From Macrostomum lignano (Eukaryota), in the NCBI GenBank assembly GCA_002269645.1, contig NIVC01002450.1:108525-172524 (forward strand): DNA of 64,000 nt, in the 5' to 3' direction. Below the pieces are notes generated by a model, which was not told where the DNA came from, did not search any database, and worked only from the letters and a program-made list of their open reading frames with translations. Of the stretch, positions 1 through 12,000 are shown piece by piece (the first letter of the stretch is position 1; each line of letters opens with the position of its first letter). The position numbers were made by a program, and so were the translations under genes.

Positions 1-914
1 CTGTGCCCTCCTCTCCCCGTTGCGTGACAGCCAGCTTCTAGCACACGTGGTCCCCAACTTCTAAATCCCTTTCCGAGATGACATCCCTTATCGCGTTCCC
101 ATTATCTTCTTGTCCGAGAGAAGTTCCCGTGCCGTGCGGGAAACTCTGCGACTGGAGGGGAGGCGGCGGGCCGCCAATTTAATGCACAAACTGTGTAAGC
201 GAAAAAAGTGATTTTCTATATCTTAACTGCTAGACTGGTTGACTAAAATCTCGGCCATCCGGCCAGCTTCCCACTCCGGGGGCATCATCTCTAAGCCAAG
301 CAGATTGTCTCCGCCGAATGAAAATGCGCCGGACCACACAAGTGGCAAGTGCGATCAAGATGATGATTTGGGATTTTGCTCCGGGGCGGCCTGAGACCTC
401 CTTGGGGGCATGGGGGATGTTAAAATGCGAGCCCTCCCTCCCCCCAGCCTTTATTGGTTGGTTATGACAATTTGCGAAGCTGTCAGTCAGACAGGGCTGG
501 GGCCTGTGTGTGTGCCCGGGCGTGTGTTTATATCAAAATTATTCGGCAGGAAGGAGGGCGCACAGCTAATGGAATCAAGGCGATGGAGCAGCCGATTAAG
601 GAAACAAGGGGACCGCCCAGCGGGGGCCCGACTTTGTGTCCATCGGGCCGGACACCGCAGAAAAAACTACCTGATGCTGGTGGCTGACTTGGCCGCTTCC
701 AATTCCGTTTAGATCTGCTGCTTTTTCTTTTCCCTCTTTCTTTTTTTGCAGATCAATTTCCGTCACTCAGCGTCTGCGCGTTGAGTGCAAGCCTGTCCTG
801 TCAATCTTCTGTTTTATTGAGTGCCTGAAGCTTATTGTATAATTGCTCAATTGATTTATATATTAGACAGGCCTCTCTTAGTGAGGATAAGAGAGGGACC
901 ATCTACGAGCGTAG

Positions 915-2178
915 GTGTCTGTAGTGTCAGCTCTGGTGTCTGTAGTGTCAGCTTTTGTGTCTGTTAGTGTCAGCTTTTGTGTCTTTAGCGTCAGCTTTTG
1001 TGTCTGTAGTGTCAGCTTTTGTGTCTGTAGTGTCAGCTTTTGTGCCTGTAGTGTCAGCTTTTGTGTCTGTAGTGTCAGCTTTTGTGCCTGTAGTGTCAGC
1101 TTTTGTGCCTGTAGTGTCAGCTTTTGTGTCTGTAGTGTCAGCTTTTGTGCCTGTAGTGTCAGCTTTTGTGTCTGTAGTGTCAGCTCTGGTGTCTGTAGTG
1201 TCAGCTTTTGTGTCTGTTAGTGTCAGCTTTTGTGTCTTTAGCGTCAGCTTTTGTGTCTTTAGTGTCAGCTTTTGTGTCTGTAGTGTCAGCTTTTGTGTCT
1301 GTAGTGTCAGCTTTTGTGTCTGTAGTGTCAGCTTTTGTGTCTGTAGTGTCAGCTTTAGGGGGCCGTAGCCCAGCGGTAGCGCAGCTGCTCTGGTGTGCCA
1401 GCGACCCAGGCTCGATTCCAAGTGCAGCCACATTAATTTGGGGCTGAATTGGAATCTCGGCTTGGCTCTGCTCGTGCAATTAACGGCCTTGAGAGCCAAC
1501 CCCCCAAGGCGCAGTGAAGTGTACATGCCTAACGATAAAATAAAGTTAGGGCCGCTGTACACTCCTGTGTGAGTGTGTGCCTGCGTACGTATCCGCGCGC
1601 TTGTATGCCTGCTCAGGGGAGTCGGCGGAATGGGCAGTAATGCCTCTCGCCGGTTGTGTGCCAATGTCGCTTAAAGTGCGCCAGGGTGCACACAACCCCC
1701 TGCCTCTAAAAAAAGTGTCAGCTTTTGTGTCTTTAGCGTCAGCTTTTGTGTCTTTAGTGTCAGCTTTTGTGCCTGTAGTGTCAGCTTTTGTGTCTGTAGT
1801 GTCAGCTTTTGTGTCTGCAGTGTCAGATCTGGTGTCTGTAGTGACAGCTTTTGTGTCTGTAGTGTCAGCTTTTGTGTCGTAGTGTCAGCTTGGGTGTCTT
1901 TAGTGTCAGCTATGGTGTCTGTAGTGTCAGCTCTGGTGTCTGTAGTGACAGCTTTTGTGTTGCAGTGTCAGCTTGGGTGTCTGTAGTGTCAGCTTTTGTG
2001 TCGTAGTGTCAGCTTGGGTGTCTGTTAGTGTCAGCTTTTGTGTCTGTAGTGTCAGCTTGGGTGTCTTTAGTGTCAGCTATGGTGTCTGTAGTGTCAGCTC
2101 TGGTGTCTGTAGTGACAGCTTTTGTGTTGCAGTGTCAGCTTGGGTGTCTGTAGTCTCAGGTTGGGTGTCTGTAGTGTC
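915..2178. repeat. 21-bp minisatellite (GTGTCTGTAGTGTCAGCTTTT)n, interrupted by a SINE at 1357-1714
   Basis: Tandem units read directly; this array produces the TDTKADT and VSVVSAF pseudo-ORFs. Confidence 0.95.
1357..1714 (+). mobile_element. tRNA-derived SINE, family A, copy 1
   Basis: A-box-like TAGCCCAGCGGTAG and B-box-like GGCTCGATTCC. About 350 bp, ends CCCCCTGCCTCT plus A7. Flanked by AGTGTCAGCTTT on both sides (1345-1356, 1714-1725). Homologous copies at 4527-4856 and 41388-41747. Confidence 0.85.
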
Positions 2179-2439
2179 AATAAATGCACTCAGAGATGAT
2201 GTAAAAGTAGCTTTGAATAAATATATTTAGACATTTTTTACAGTTTAGAAGTTTATTAAAACATTCAAAGTTGATACGCTTTAACATTCCAGTTTAGATT
2301 TCTAGTGTAGTTTGATCACAATTTTAATGACAATGCTACATTACAGAGAGAGTAAGTTCAACTGATACTCTAGAAGCCAAATCAAGATGAGAGAATCTGA
2401 AAATAAATGAGAGTTCTTAAAGTGAGAGTTCTGAAAGTG

Positions 2440-2765
2440 TGAGAGTCAGGAACTGTGCATGAGAGTCAGGAACTGTGCATGAGAGTCAGGAACTGTGCGT
2501 GAGAGTCAGGAACTGTGCGTGAGAGTCAGGAACTGTGCGTGAGAGTCAGGAAATGTGCATGAGAGTCAGGAACTATGCGTGAGAGTCAGGAACTGTGCGT
2601 GAGAGGCAGGAACTGTGCGTGAGAGTCAGGAACTGTGCGTGAGAGTCAGGAACTGTGCGTGAGAGTCAGGAACTGTGCGTGAGAGTCAGGAACTGTGCGT
2701 GAGAGTCAGGAACTGTGCGTGAGAGTCAGGAACTGTGCGTGAGAGTCAGGAACTGTGCGTGAGAG
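2440..2765. repeat. 20-bp minisatellite (GTGAGAGTCAGGAACTGTGC)n
   Basis: About 16 tandem units just downstream of the SEC14-like stop codon. Confidence 0.95.
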
Positions 2766-2782
2766 TTCCTAGAAACTTTTTG

Positions 2783-4368
2783 TCAGTCGCTGGGAACCTG
2801 GCCGCCGTAGCATATGAGGCTGCGGCAGGCGGGGTCATTGTCCGTGGGGTCCAGCAGCTTGCCGCCGTAGGCAGCCGGTAGCTGGTCGGGCGGCACAGCA
2901 GCCAGCAGGGTGGCCCGGCCAGCCTCGCCCTCCGGCAAGATTCGGACAGTCTGCCGGGTGGCCGGAGAAAGAAGCGGCCCCATCAGACGCCAGATGAGCT
3001 GAGTAAGCCGCTGATGCTTGGGATTCAGCACCAGCGCTGAGCCCAGCAACTCGGGATAATTCGCCTCGAGAACTCTGCTCAGCTCCTTGACGTAGGCCAG
3101 CCCGTCCGAGTTCATCTGGCGCCGGCCAAAGCCGGCCAAGTCGATGACGTAGACAGCCTGGCAGACGGGCAGGCCGGTGCGACGGCGGGCAGCGGGAAAG
3201 TCGCGCCGCAACAGTCGCTCCCAGATTCGGACCCGACTGAGTACCAGCTCGCGGATGCTGTGCCGCCTCATCAGGCCAGACATGTCGAATTGGCCGATCG
3301 GGTCGATAAAAACCGGCCGACCCTCGCGGTCGGAGCCGCAACGGCCGCCGGTGTGGTAGCGGCGAATGAGCTCGGGTACGTGCGAGTCGGCCGAGTCCGG
3401 CTGGCTATCTGCAGAAGGGGTTTTTTAGCGCATGCGCGCGTTTTCTACTATAGGTAGTTTAGGGTAGTTTTTATATTTCTATTCTATGCCTGCAGATAGT
3501 TCTGATACTCCTGTAGCTTAGTCCTATGTCTGCAGTTGGAGCTAAAACTCCTACATAACCTCTAAATAGTACTACCTAGGAATTGTAGCCACAGGGTTTG
3601 TAGCCTAGTAGTTAGAGCGTCGGACTAACAATTGAAAGGTCGGGGGTTCGATTTTGGATCCACTTGGAACGATTTGCGTACTTGAGCAAGACACTTAAAT
3701 CTGCATTGCTTCAGTTCACCCAGCTGTAAATGTATACCATCATTAGCTGGGATATAATTACAGGTGGTACAGAGCCTTCAGTCTGCAGTTAGAGCACTGT
3801 GTACTTTTGTAGCATAGTCTATGTCTGCAGTTAGAGCACTGTGTACTTTTGTAGCATAGTCCATGTCTGCAGTTAGAGAACTTTGTACTTTTTTAGCATA
3901 GTCTATGTCTGCAGATAGAGCACTGTAGCATAAGTTATGTCTGCAGTTAAAGCTACATGACTGCAGACGCAATAAATCACCATCAAACTGGTCTGCAGCT
4001 TCTTCTCCATCATCGAAATACGGAATGGACATTGAGTCGATGCCGTTCTCCCGACGCCAGACCAGGTGTCGGCGCAGCATGTCGACAGCTTTGTCCGCAT
4101 TGTAGTCGCTGGCCCGCAGCCACTTTGCCAAGTAGAACTGATCAGACAGCAGATGGCGAGTGAAACCAGGAGTTGGCAAATCGCCAAGCAAAGTTGCTAC
4201 GCTGATTTTTAACCGAGTGTAGGCGGCCAGCCGGCCCGGTTTGGCATTGAGCTCGCCGCACACTTGCCCACTATAGTCGGTGTGACACGGCGGATCGACA
4301 AATTTCGCCGACGCATCGACTGGTTCCGGTGCGGCAGATTCTGAAGCAGGTTTCGTCGATGCCGACAT
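2783..4368 (-). CDS. SEC14L: SEC14-like CRAL-TRIO lipid-binding protein (SEC14L2/3/4 type), about 337 aa, 2 exons
   Basis: Exons 4368-3981 and 3408-2783, phase-1 GT-AG intron, frame preserved. CRAL-TRIO-N motif (YLAKWLRASDYNADKAVDMLRRHLVWR) and CRAL-TRIO core (GSDREGRPVFIDPIG, VIDLAG, EANYPELL, DQLPAAYGG, ICYGGQVP). The 3' end could instead splice at CAG|GTTCCC to an acceptor near 2397. Confidence 0.85.
3594..3750 (+). mobile_element. tRNA-derived CORE-type SINE, family B, truncated copy in SEC14-like intron
   Basis: A box TAGCCTAGTAGTTAG, B box GGTTCGATT, then CTTGAGCAAGACACTTAAATCTGCATTGCTTCAGTTCACCCAGCTGTAAATG. Homologous to 59323-59605. Confidence 0.8.
3780..3960. repeat. About 42-bp tandem repeat in SEC14-like intron
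   Basis: About 4 copies of TCTGCAGTTAGAGCACTGTGTACTTTTGTAGCATAGTCTATG. Confidence 0.85.
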
Positions 4369-4526
4369 GGATGGCGCAGATGTGTGTACTGAAGTACTTC
4401 AGTACTTGCTGGTGTGCTTGTCAGATCTTGCATAGCCCCGAGTTGCAAGCTCAAACACTGTTTTTTACGCGAGAAACTTCAAAATAGGCCCCAAACCTTA
4501 ACTGATAAGAAGCCATACTTTTTAGA

Positions 4527-4856
4527 TTAGAGGCAGGGGGCTGTGTGCACCCTGGCGCACTTTAAGCGACATTGTCACACAACCGACTAGGACTGCCATT
4601 CCACAGACTCGTACGCAGTCATACGCACAGGCACACACTCACACAAGAGTGTACAGCGGCCCTAACTTTATTTATCGTTAGTCATGTACACTTTACTGTG
4701 ACTTGGTGGGTTGGCCCTCAAAGCCGTTAATTGCACGAGCAGAGCCAAGCCGAGATTCCAATTTAGACCCAAAATTAATGAGACTGCACTTGGAATCGAG
4801 CCTGGGCCGCTGGCACATCAGAGCGACGCGCTACACCACTGGGCTACGGCCCCCCT
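4527..4856 (-). mobile_element. tRNA-derived SINE, family A, copy 2
   Basis: Reverse complement aligns end to end with 1357-1714 (head GGGGGCCGTAGCCCAGTGG, tail CCCCTGCCTCTAA). Confidence 0.85.
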
Positions 4857-5087
4857 AAGAAACCATATGCGTACATCTGGATGTACGAAGTATCAAATTA
4901 ATTTTAGAACACTTTTTGCTAGTAAGCCACAATCTGTCTCTCGCCTGAGACAGATGCATGCGAGAGCGGACATGCTTACACTGTATAATTCAGATATTCA
5001 ACAAAAAATAAAAAACTTTTGTTCGAAATGAGACAAAAAATAAATCGATAGATTATTTCCTGTGTTTTATAAATCTTAACTATTCAA

Positions 5088-8030
5088 TCAGGTTGAAGGG
5101 GCAGCAGCATTAGCCACAGCATTAACTCCAGCATTAGCCACAAGATTAGCCGCAGCAGAGTCGGAGGTCGTCAGACCGAGCTCAGCCTCGATGAAACGAT
5201 TAATCTCGTTCGAGTCGAGCTCGCCCAGATACGTGCGCCTCCGCGTGTCCCCGCGAATGTACAGCTGAATGTACGGCGTGCCAGGAACGTAGATTCCGGC
5301 TGGACAAGCGTTTGCGCTGACGTCCATGGCGCAGAAGGCCAGCTGGTCGCGGCGTCCGCTGAACGCTTGGGCGCTGTCGCGGAAGGCCTGGCCAGCCGGT
5401 CGACAAGCAGCACACTTTGGGTGGTAGTACTTAACCAGCACACTCCTGCAGTTTGGAATTAGTTAGTCTACAGGGAAGCTTTGGACTCTCAGTCCCTGCC
5501 CGATTACACTGGAAGCACAACTCTCAGTCCCTGCCCGATTACACTGGAAGCACACTCTCAGTCCCTGCCCGATTACACTGGAAGCACACTCTCAGTTCCT
5601 GCCCGATTACACTGGAAGCACACTCTCAGTTCCTGCCCGATTACACTGGAAGCACACTCTCAGTTCCGATTACACTGGAAGCACACTCTCAGTCCCTGCC
5701 CGAATACACTGGAAGCACACTCTCAGTTCCTGCCCGATTACACTGGAAGCATAACTCTCAGTTCCTGCCCGATTACACTGGAAGCACACTCTCAGTTCCT
5801 GCCCGATTACACTGGAAGCACACTCTCAGTTCCTGCCCGATTACACTGGAAGCACACTCTCAGTTCCTGCCCGATTACACTGGAAGCACACTCTCAGTTC
5901 CGATTACACTGGAAGCACACTCTCAGTTCCTGCCCGATTACACTGGAAGCACACTCTCAGTTCCTGCCCGATTACACTGGAAGCATAACTCTCAGTTCCT
6001 GCCCGATTACACTGGAAGCACACTCTCAGTTCCTGCCCGATTACACTGGAAGCACACTCTCAGTTCCGATTACACTGGAAGCACACTCTCAGTCCCTGCC
6101 CGATTTCACTGGTAGCATAACTCTCAGTTCCTGCCCGATTACACTGGAAGCATAACTCTCAGTTCCTGCCCGATTACACTGGAAGCACACTCTCAGTTCC
6201 TGCCCGATTACACTGGAAGCACACTCTCAGTTCCTGCCCGATTACACTGGAAGCACACTCTCAGTCCCTGCCCGATTACACTGGAAGCACACTCTCAGTT
6301 CCTGCCCGATTACACTGGAAGCACACTCTCAGTTCCTGCCCGATTACACTGGAAGCACACTCTCAGTTCCTGCCCGATTACACTGGAAGCATAACTCTCA
6401 GTTCCTGCCCGATTACACTGGAAGCACACTCTCAGTCCCTGCCCGATTTCACTGGTAGCATAACTCTCAGTTCCTGCCCGATTACACTGGAAGCATAACT
6501 CTCAGTTCCTGCCCGATTACACTGGAAGCACACTCTCAGTTCCTGCCCGATTACACTGGAAGCACACTCTCAGTTCCTGCCCGATTACACTGGAAGCACA
6601 CTCTCAGTCCCTGCCCGATTACACTGGAAGCACACTCTCAGTTCCTGCCCGATTACACTGGAAGCACACTCTCAGTTCCTGCCCGATTACACTGGAAGCA
6701 CACTCTCAGTTCCTGCCCGATTACACTGGAAGCATAACTCTCAGTTCCTGCCCGATTACACTGGAAGCACACTCTCAGTCCCTGCCCGATTACACTGGAA
6801 GCACACTCTCAGTTCCTGCCCGATTACACTGGAAGCACACTCTCAGTTCCGATTACACTGGAAGCACACTCTCAGTTCCTGCCCGATTACACTGGAAGCA
6901 CACTCTCAGTCCCTGCCCGATTACACTGGAAGCACACTCTCAGTTCCTGCCCGATTACACTGGAAGCACACTCTCAGTTCCTGCCCGATTACACTGGAAG
7001 CACACTCTCAGTTCCTGCCCGATTACACTGGAAGCATAACTCTCAGTTCCTGCCCGATTACACTGGAAGCACACTCTCAGTTCCTGCCCGATTACACTGG
7101 AAGCATAACTCTCAGTTCCTGCCCGATTACACTGGAAGCACACTCTCAGTCCCTGCCCGATTACACTGGAAGCACACTCTCAGTTCCTGCCCGATTACAC
7201 TGGAAGCATAACTCTCAGTTCCTGCCCGATTACACTGGAAGCACACTCTCAGTTCCTGCCCGATTACACTGGAAGCACACTCTCAGTTCCTGCCCGATTA
7301 CACTGGAAGCACACTCTCAGTTCCTGCCCGATTACACTGGAAGCACACTCTCAGTTCCTGCCCGATTACACTGGAAGCACACTCTCAGTTCCTGCCCGAT
7401 TACACTGGAAGCATAACTCTCAGTTCCTGCCCGATTACACTGGAAGCACACTCTCAGTTCCTGCCCGATTACACTGGAAGCATAACTCTCAGTTCCTGCC
7501 CGATTACACTGGAAGCACACTCTCAGTTCCTGCCCGATTACACTGGAAGCACACTCTCAGTTCCTGCCCGATTACACTGGAAGCATAACTCTCAGTTCCT
7601 GCCCGATTACACTGGAAGCACACTCTCAGTCCCTGCCCGATTACACTGGAAGCACACTCTCAGTTCCTGCCCGATTACACTGGAAGCACACTCTCAGTTC
7701 CGATTACACTGGAAGCACACTCTCAGTTCCTGCCCGATTACACTGGAAGCACACTCTCAGTCCCTGCCCGATTACACTGGAAGCACACTCTCAGTTCCTG
7801 CCCGATTACACTGGAAGCACACTCTCAGTTCCGATTACACTGGAAGCACACTCTCAGTTCCGATTACACTGGAAGCACACTCTCAGTCCCTGCCCGATTT
7901 CACTGGTAGCACACTCTCAGTCCCTGCCCGATTTCACTGGTAGCACACTCTCAGTCCCTGCCTGAATTACAAACCTGTTTGGCTGACCAATCACAGAGCG
8001 AAAGTTCTTGTTGGTTAACTCTTCGATCAT
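5088..8030 (-). CDS. Single-domain thioredoxin/PDI-like protein with CAAC active site, about 137 aa, 2 exons
   Basis: Exon 1 8030-7975 (MIEELTNKNFRSVIGQPN) and exon 2 5445-5088, phase-2 GT-AG join giving ...NRSVLVKYYHPKCAAC...VPGTPYIQLY. Matches the PDI a-domain pattern (LT..NF...V....VLV.FY..WC..C) and the cis-Pro loop. Confidence 0.85.
5486..7965. repeat. 32-bp minisatellite (CTCTCAGTTCCTGCCCGATTACACTGGAAGCA-type) filling the thioredoxin-gene intron
   Basis: About 75 near-identical units, with shorter deletion variants. Confidence 0.95.
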
Positions 8031-9065
8031 GGCAACTGTTGCAGCTGGGCGGTCGAATTCAAATCTTGAATTGATGATACTGGGCCGAATATTCTACGAG
8101 TACCGTAGATCTATATTATTTAATAGAACTTTTCTAAATGCCTTCCAAGCTTAGTTCTGAAAATATCTTTTCAAACTGCTTTGTTTATGGTGGAAATTCA
8201 CGACTAACTTTGAATTTGAACATTTAGCTGAAAGCTGAGAGCTTTCTGAGCTGAGAGAACGCTGAATTTCCAATATCTCCCGTGTTGGAATTCTGAATTC
8301 CAAATGAAGCAAGCATGCGCTTTTTGTCCAAGGTCCATTGTTATGAGACGGGCAATCAAGCAAGGCCTTTTCTCAACTGAAAATCCGGCTGTTTCCAATG
8401 AGTGTCGAGGTCGCCCAGTGTACACGCTCGACCAAATTTGTCTATGGCAAAAAAGCCCATGTAGCGCTATGCAAAAGCGAAAATACAACTGTACGTTTGC
8501 AGTTCGTAAGTCCAGACGGTGAGGAAAACTTCCTAGTCTAGCCTAGCCGTTTCTAAGAAGTCCTTGGTTGAATACCGCACTGCCGAGTAGGGACTGACGG
8601 TGCGCAATATAGAAAAGTGAAACTTAAAATGGTCCAGTTTTGGCAGTAATTACTGTAAGTAAGTGTAAAGTACATGGTATTGTGTGCGCGAGTAGTAATA
8701 AGTAGTTGCTTTGGCGGCAACAGATTTTTTTAGAAAGCAAATTAAAAAAAAACAGAAGGTAATAAGAAAAGAGTGCGGGCTAAAACAGAGTGGTTACTAT
8801 TTGGAAAAAACGATGGCGTGCCTAGATCCAGGGTCCGTTGTAGCGCAATGGTCCATCTACAGAAGCTGTGCTGCTTTAATAAATAATAAAATAGCAACCC
8901 AGTCTCATAAATAAAAAATAGTTTTTTGGGTATACGGAATTCAATTGCTCAAAACATTGCAATTATTGCTGGGCCGCCGCGCTGACAGGACGGACAGCGC
9001 CGACTTGTAAGAAAAATGTAGCAAACTCAGTATAAAAAACGGAGCAAGCAAAACAGATTCTGAAG

Positions 9066-12000
9066 CTACTTTGCGTCTCTGGGCATCAAGGGTGGCGCCT
9101 CCCAGCAGCACCTGGCAGCGCCGCCTCCGCCACCTCTAAAGCCTCCGCCGCCCGTCTTGCCGCACTTCAGTGCGCTGCAGTGCCCATCGGTGCTGATAAT
9201 GATCTGAGGATTCACTGTGACGCTACGGCCCAGGCTCATTTCTTTGTCATCTTGGACGCCGCCTTCCTCGCAGCTGCCGCAGCAGTTGGTCTCGGCGGCA
9301 CAAACGCAGCGAACCAGCGGCCGGATCGACTCTGGCAGCCTGTTGTCTTTGACGCAGGTGGCCACCCAGCGCACACTGCGGCGCCACTGCTCCTGCAGGT
9401 GCAAAGCATCGCACAGAGCGTCTTCAAGGCGGGCCAACCCGACGCCGCCAGACTCCTGCGCTAAGCGTTGCAAATGGCGGTGCAAAAAATGCTGAGAGGC
9501 GCAGACTGCGCAGGAGGATTCGCTCGCTGGGCCGCTCGATCGGTCCAGGTGCTTCGGGCACAGGCGGCCGATTCCGACGCCTCCAGTTGCTTCACCGGCT
9601 TCGCCGTAGCCGACGGTGCTGGCAGACCCACCAAACTCCGAGGGTGCCACCATTGACACAAACGACGATGGCGCTCCGTTGCTCATCAGAGTATTGGTTG
9701 CCCGATTTGAGTTGCTGCCGTCCATCGCACCAGCCGCTGTCAGGGGAATCGGCGCGGTCAAGCTCCTTGAACCGCTGCATCTGCCGCCGCCGCCGCGGTC
9801 CGAGACGTGGCATTTTAACAATGGGAGGCCGGGCGGGGAAGAAGTCCGGGATGAAACGGTTGAACTTGCGGCTCTGCTGGCTGCGGATGCCAGACTGTTG
9901 TGCGGTGCGTCTGTCGAAACAGATGAGCATGAGGACAGAGGTATTGCTATGAGCATGAGGACAGAGGTATTGCTATGAGCATGAGGACAGAGGCATTGCT
10001 ATGAGCATGAGGACAGAGGTATTGCTATGAGCATGAGGACAGAGGCATTGCATGAGCATGAGGACAGAGGCATTGCTATGAGCATGAGGACAGAGGCATT
10101 GCATGAGCATGAGGACAGAGGTGTTGCTATGAGCATGAGGACAGAGGCATTGCATGAGCATGAGGACAGAGGTGTTGCTATGAGCATGAGGACAGAGGCA
10201 TTGCATGAGCATGAGGACAGAGGTGTTGCTATGAGCATGAGGACAGAGGCATTGCATAAGCATGAGGACAGAGGTGTTGCTATGAGCATGAGGACAGAGG
10301 CATTGCATGAGCATGAGGACAGAGGTATTGCTATGAGCATGAGGACAGAGGTATTGCTATGAGCATGAGGACAGAGGCATTGCATGAGCATGAGGACAAA
10401 GGCACTGCTATGAGCATGAGGACAGAGGTATTACTATGAGCATGAGGACAGAGGTATTGCTATGAGCATGAGGACAGAGGTATTGCTATGATCATAAGGA
10501 CAGAGCCATTGCATGAGCATGAGGACAGAGGTATGGCTATGAGCATGAAGACAGTAGTATGGCTATGAGCATGAGGACAGTGGTATGGCTATGAGCATGA
10601 GGACAGCGGTATTGCTATGAGCATGAGGACAGAGGTATTGCTATGAGCATTAGGACAGAGGTATTGCTATGACCATGAGGACAGAGGTGTTGCTATGAGT
10701 TGCTATGTTGCTATGTTGCTATGTTGCATGAGGACAGAGTTATTGCTATGAGCATGAGAACAGTGGTATTGCTATGAGCATGAGGACAGAGGTATTGCTA
10801 TGAGCATGAGGACAGAGGTATTGCTATGAGCATGAGGACAGTGGTATTACTATGAGCATGAGGACAGAGGTATTACTATGAGCATGAGGACAGTGGTATT
10901 ACTATGAGCATGAGGACAGAGGTATTGCTATGAGCATGAGGACAGTGGTATTACTATGAGCATGAGGACAGAGGTATTACTATGAGCATGAGGACAGAGG
11001 TATTGCTATGAGCATGAGGACATAGGTATTGCTATGAGCATGAGGACAGAGGTATTGCTATGAGCATGAGGACAGAGGTATTGCTATGAGCATGAGGACA
11101 GAGGTATTGCTATGAGCATGAGGACAGTGGTATTGCTATGAGCATGAGGACAGTGGTATTACTATGAGCATGAGGACAGAGGTATTGCTATGAGCATGAG
11201 GACAGTGGTATTACTATGAGCATGAGGACAGAGGTATTACTATGAGCATGAGGACAGAGGTATTGCTATGAGCATGAGGACATAGGTATTGCTATGAGCA
11301 TGAGGACAGAGGTATTGCTATGAGCATGAGGACAGAGGTATTGCTATGAGCATGAGGTCAGAGGTATTGCTATGAGCATGAGGACAGAGGTATTGCTATG
11401 AGCATGAGGACAGAGGTATTGCTATGAGCATGAGGACAGAGGTATTGCTATGAGCATGAGGACAGAGGTATTGCTATGAGCATGAGGACAGAGGTATTGC
11501 TATGAGCATGAGGACAGAGGCATTGCTATGAGCATGAGGACAGAGGCATTGCTATGAGCATGAGGACAGAGGTATTGCTATGAGCATGAGGACAGAGGTA
11601 TTGCTATGAGCATGAGGACAGAGGTATTGCTATGAGCATGAGGACAGAGGCATTGCTATGAGCATGAGGACAGAGGCATTGCTATGAGCATGAGGACAGA
11701 GGTATTGCTATGAGCATATGAGCATGAGGACAGAGGTATTGCTATGAGCATGAGGACAGAGGTATTGTTATGAGCATGAGGTCAGAGGTATTGCTATGAG
11801 CATGAGGACAGAGGTATTGCTATGAGCATGAGGACAGAGGTATTGCTATGAGCATGAGGACAGAGGTATTGCTATGAGCATGAGGACAGAGGTATTGCTA
11901 TGAGCATGAGGACAGAGGCATTGATATGATTCAATTATAAATTTCAAAATGACTCACATGTGCCGGCAGGAGTTCCGCTCGTCTCACAGACACTGCCGTT

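Noticed and set aside
410-712. ORFs 410-712 and 454-687 and a strong acceptor-like tract near 720-750
   Set aside because: No recognisable motif or exon partner; probably intronic or regulatory DNA of a gene outside the window.
5486-7965. CRISPR-like appearance of the 32-bp array and of the 55.5-56.6 kb block structure
   Set aside because: Units are contiguous with no unique spacers, there are no cas genes, and the DNA is eukaryotic.
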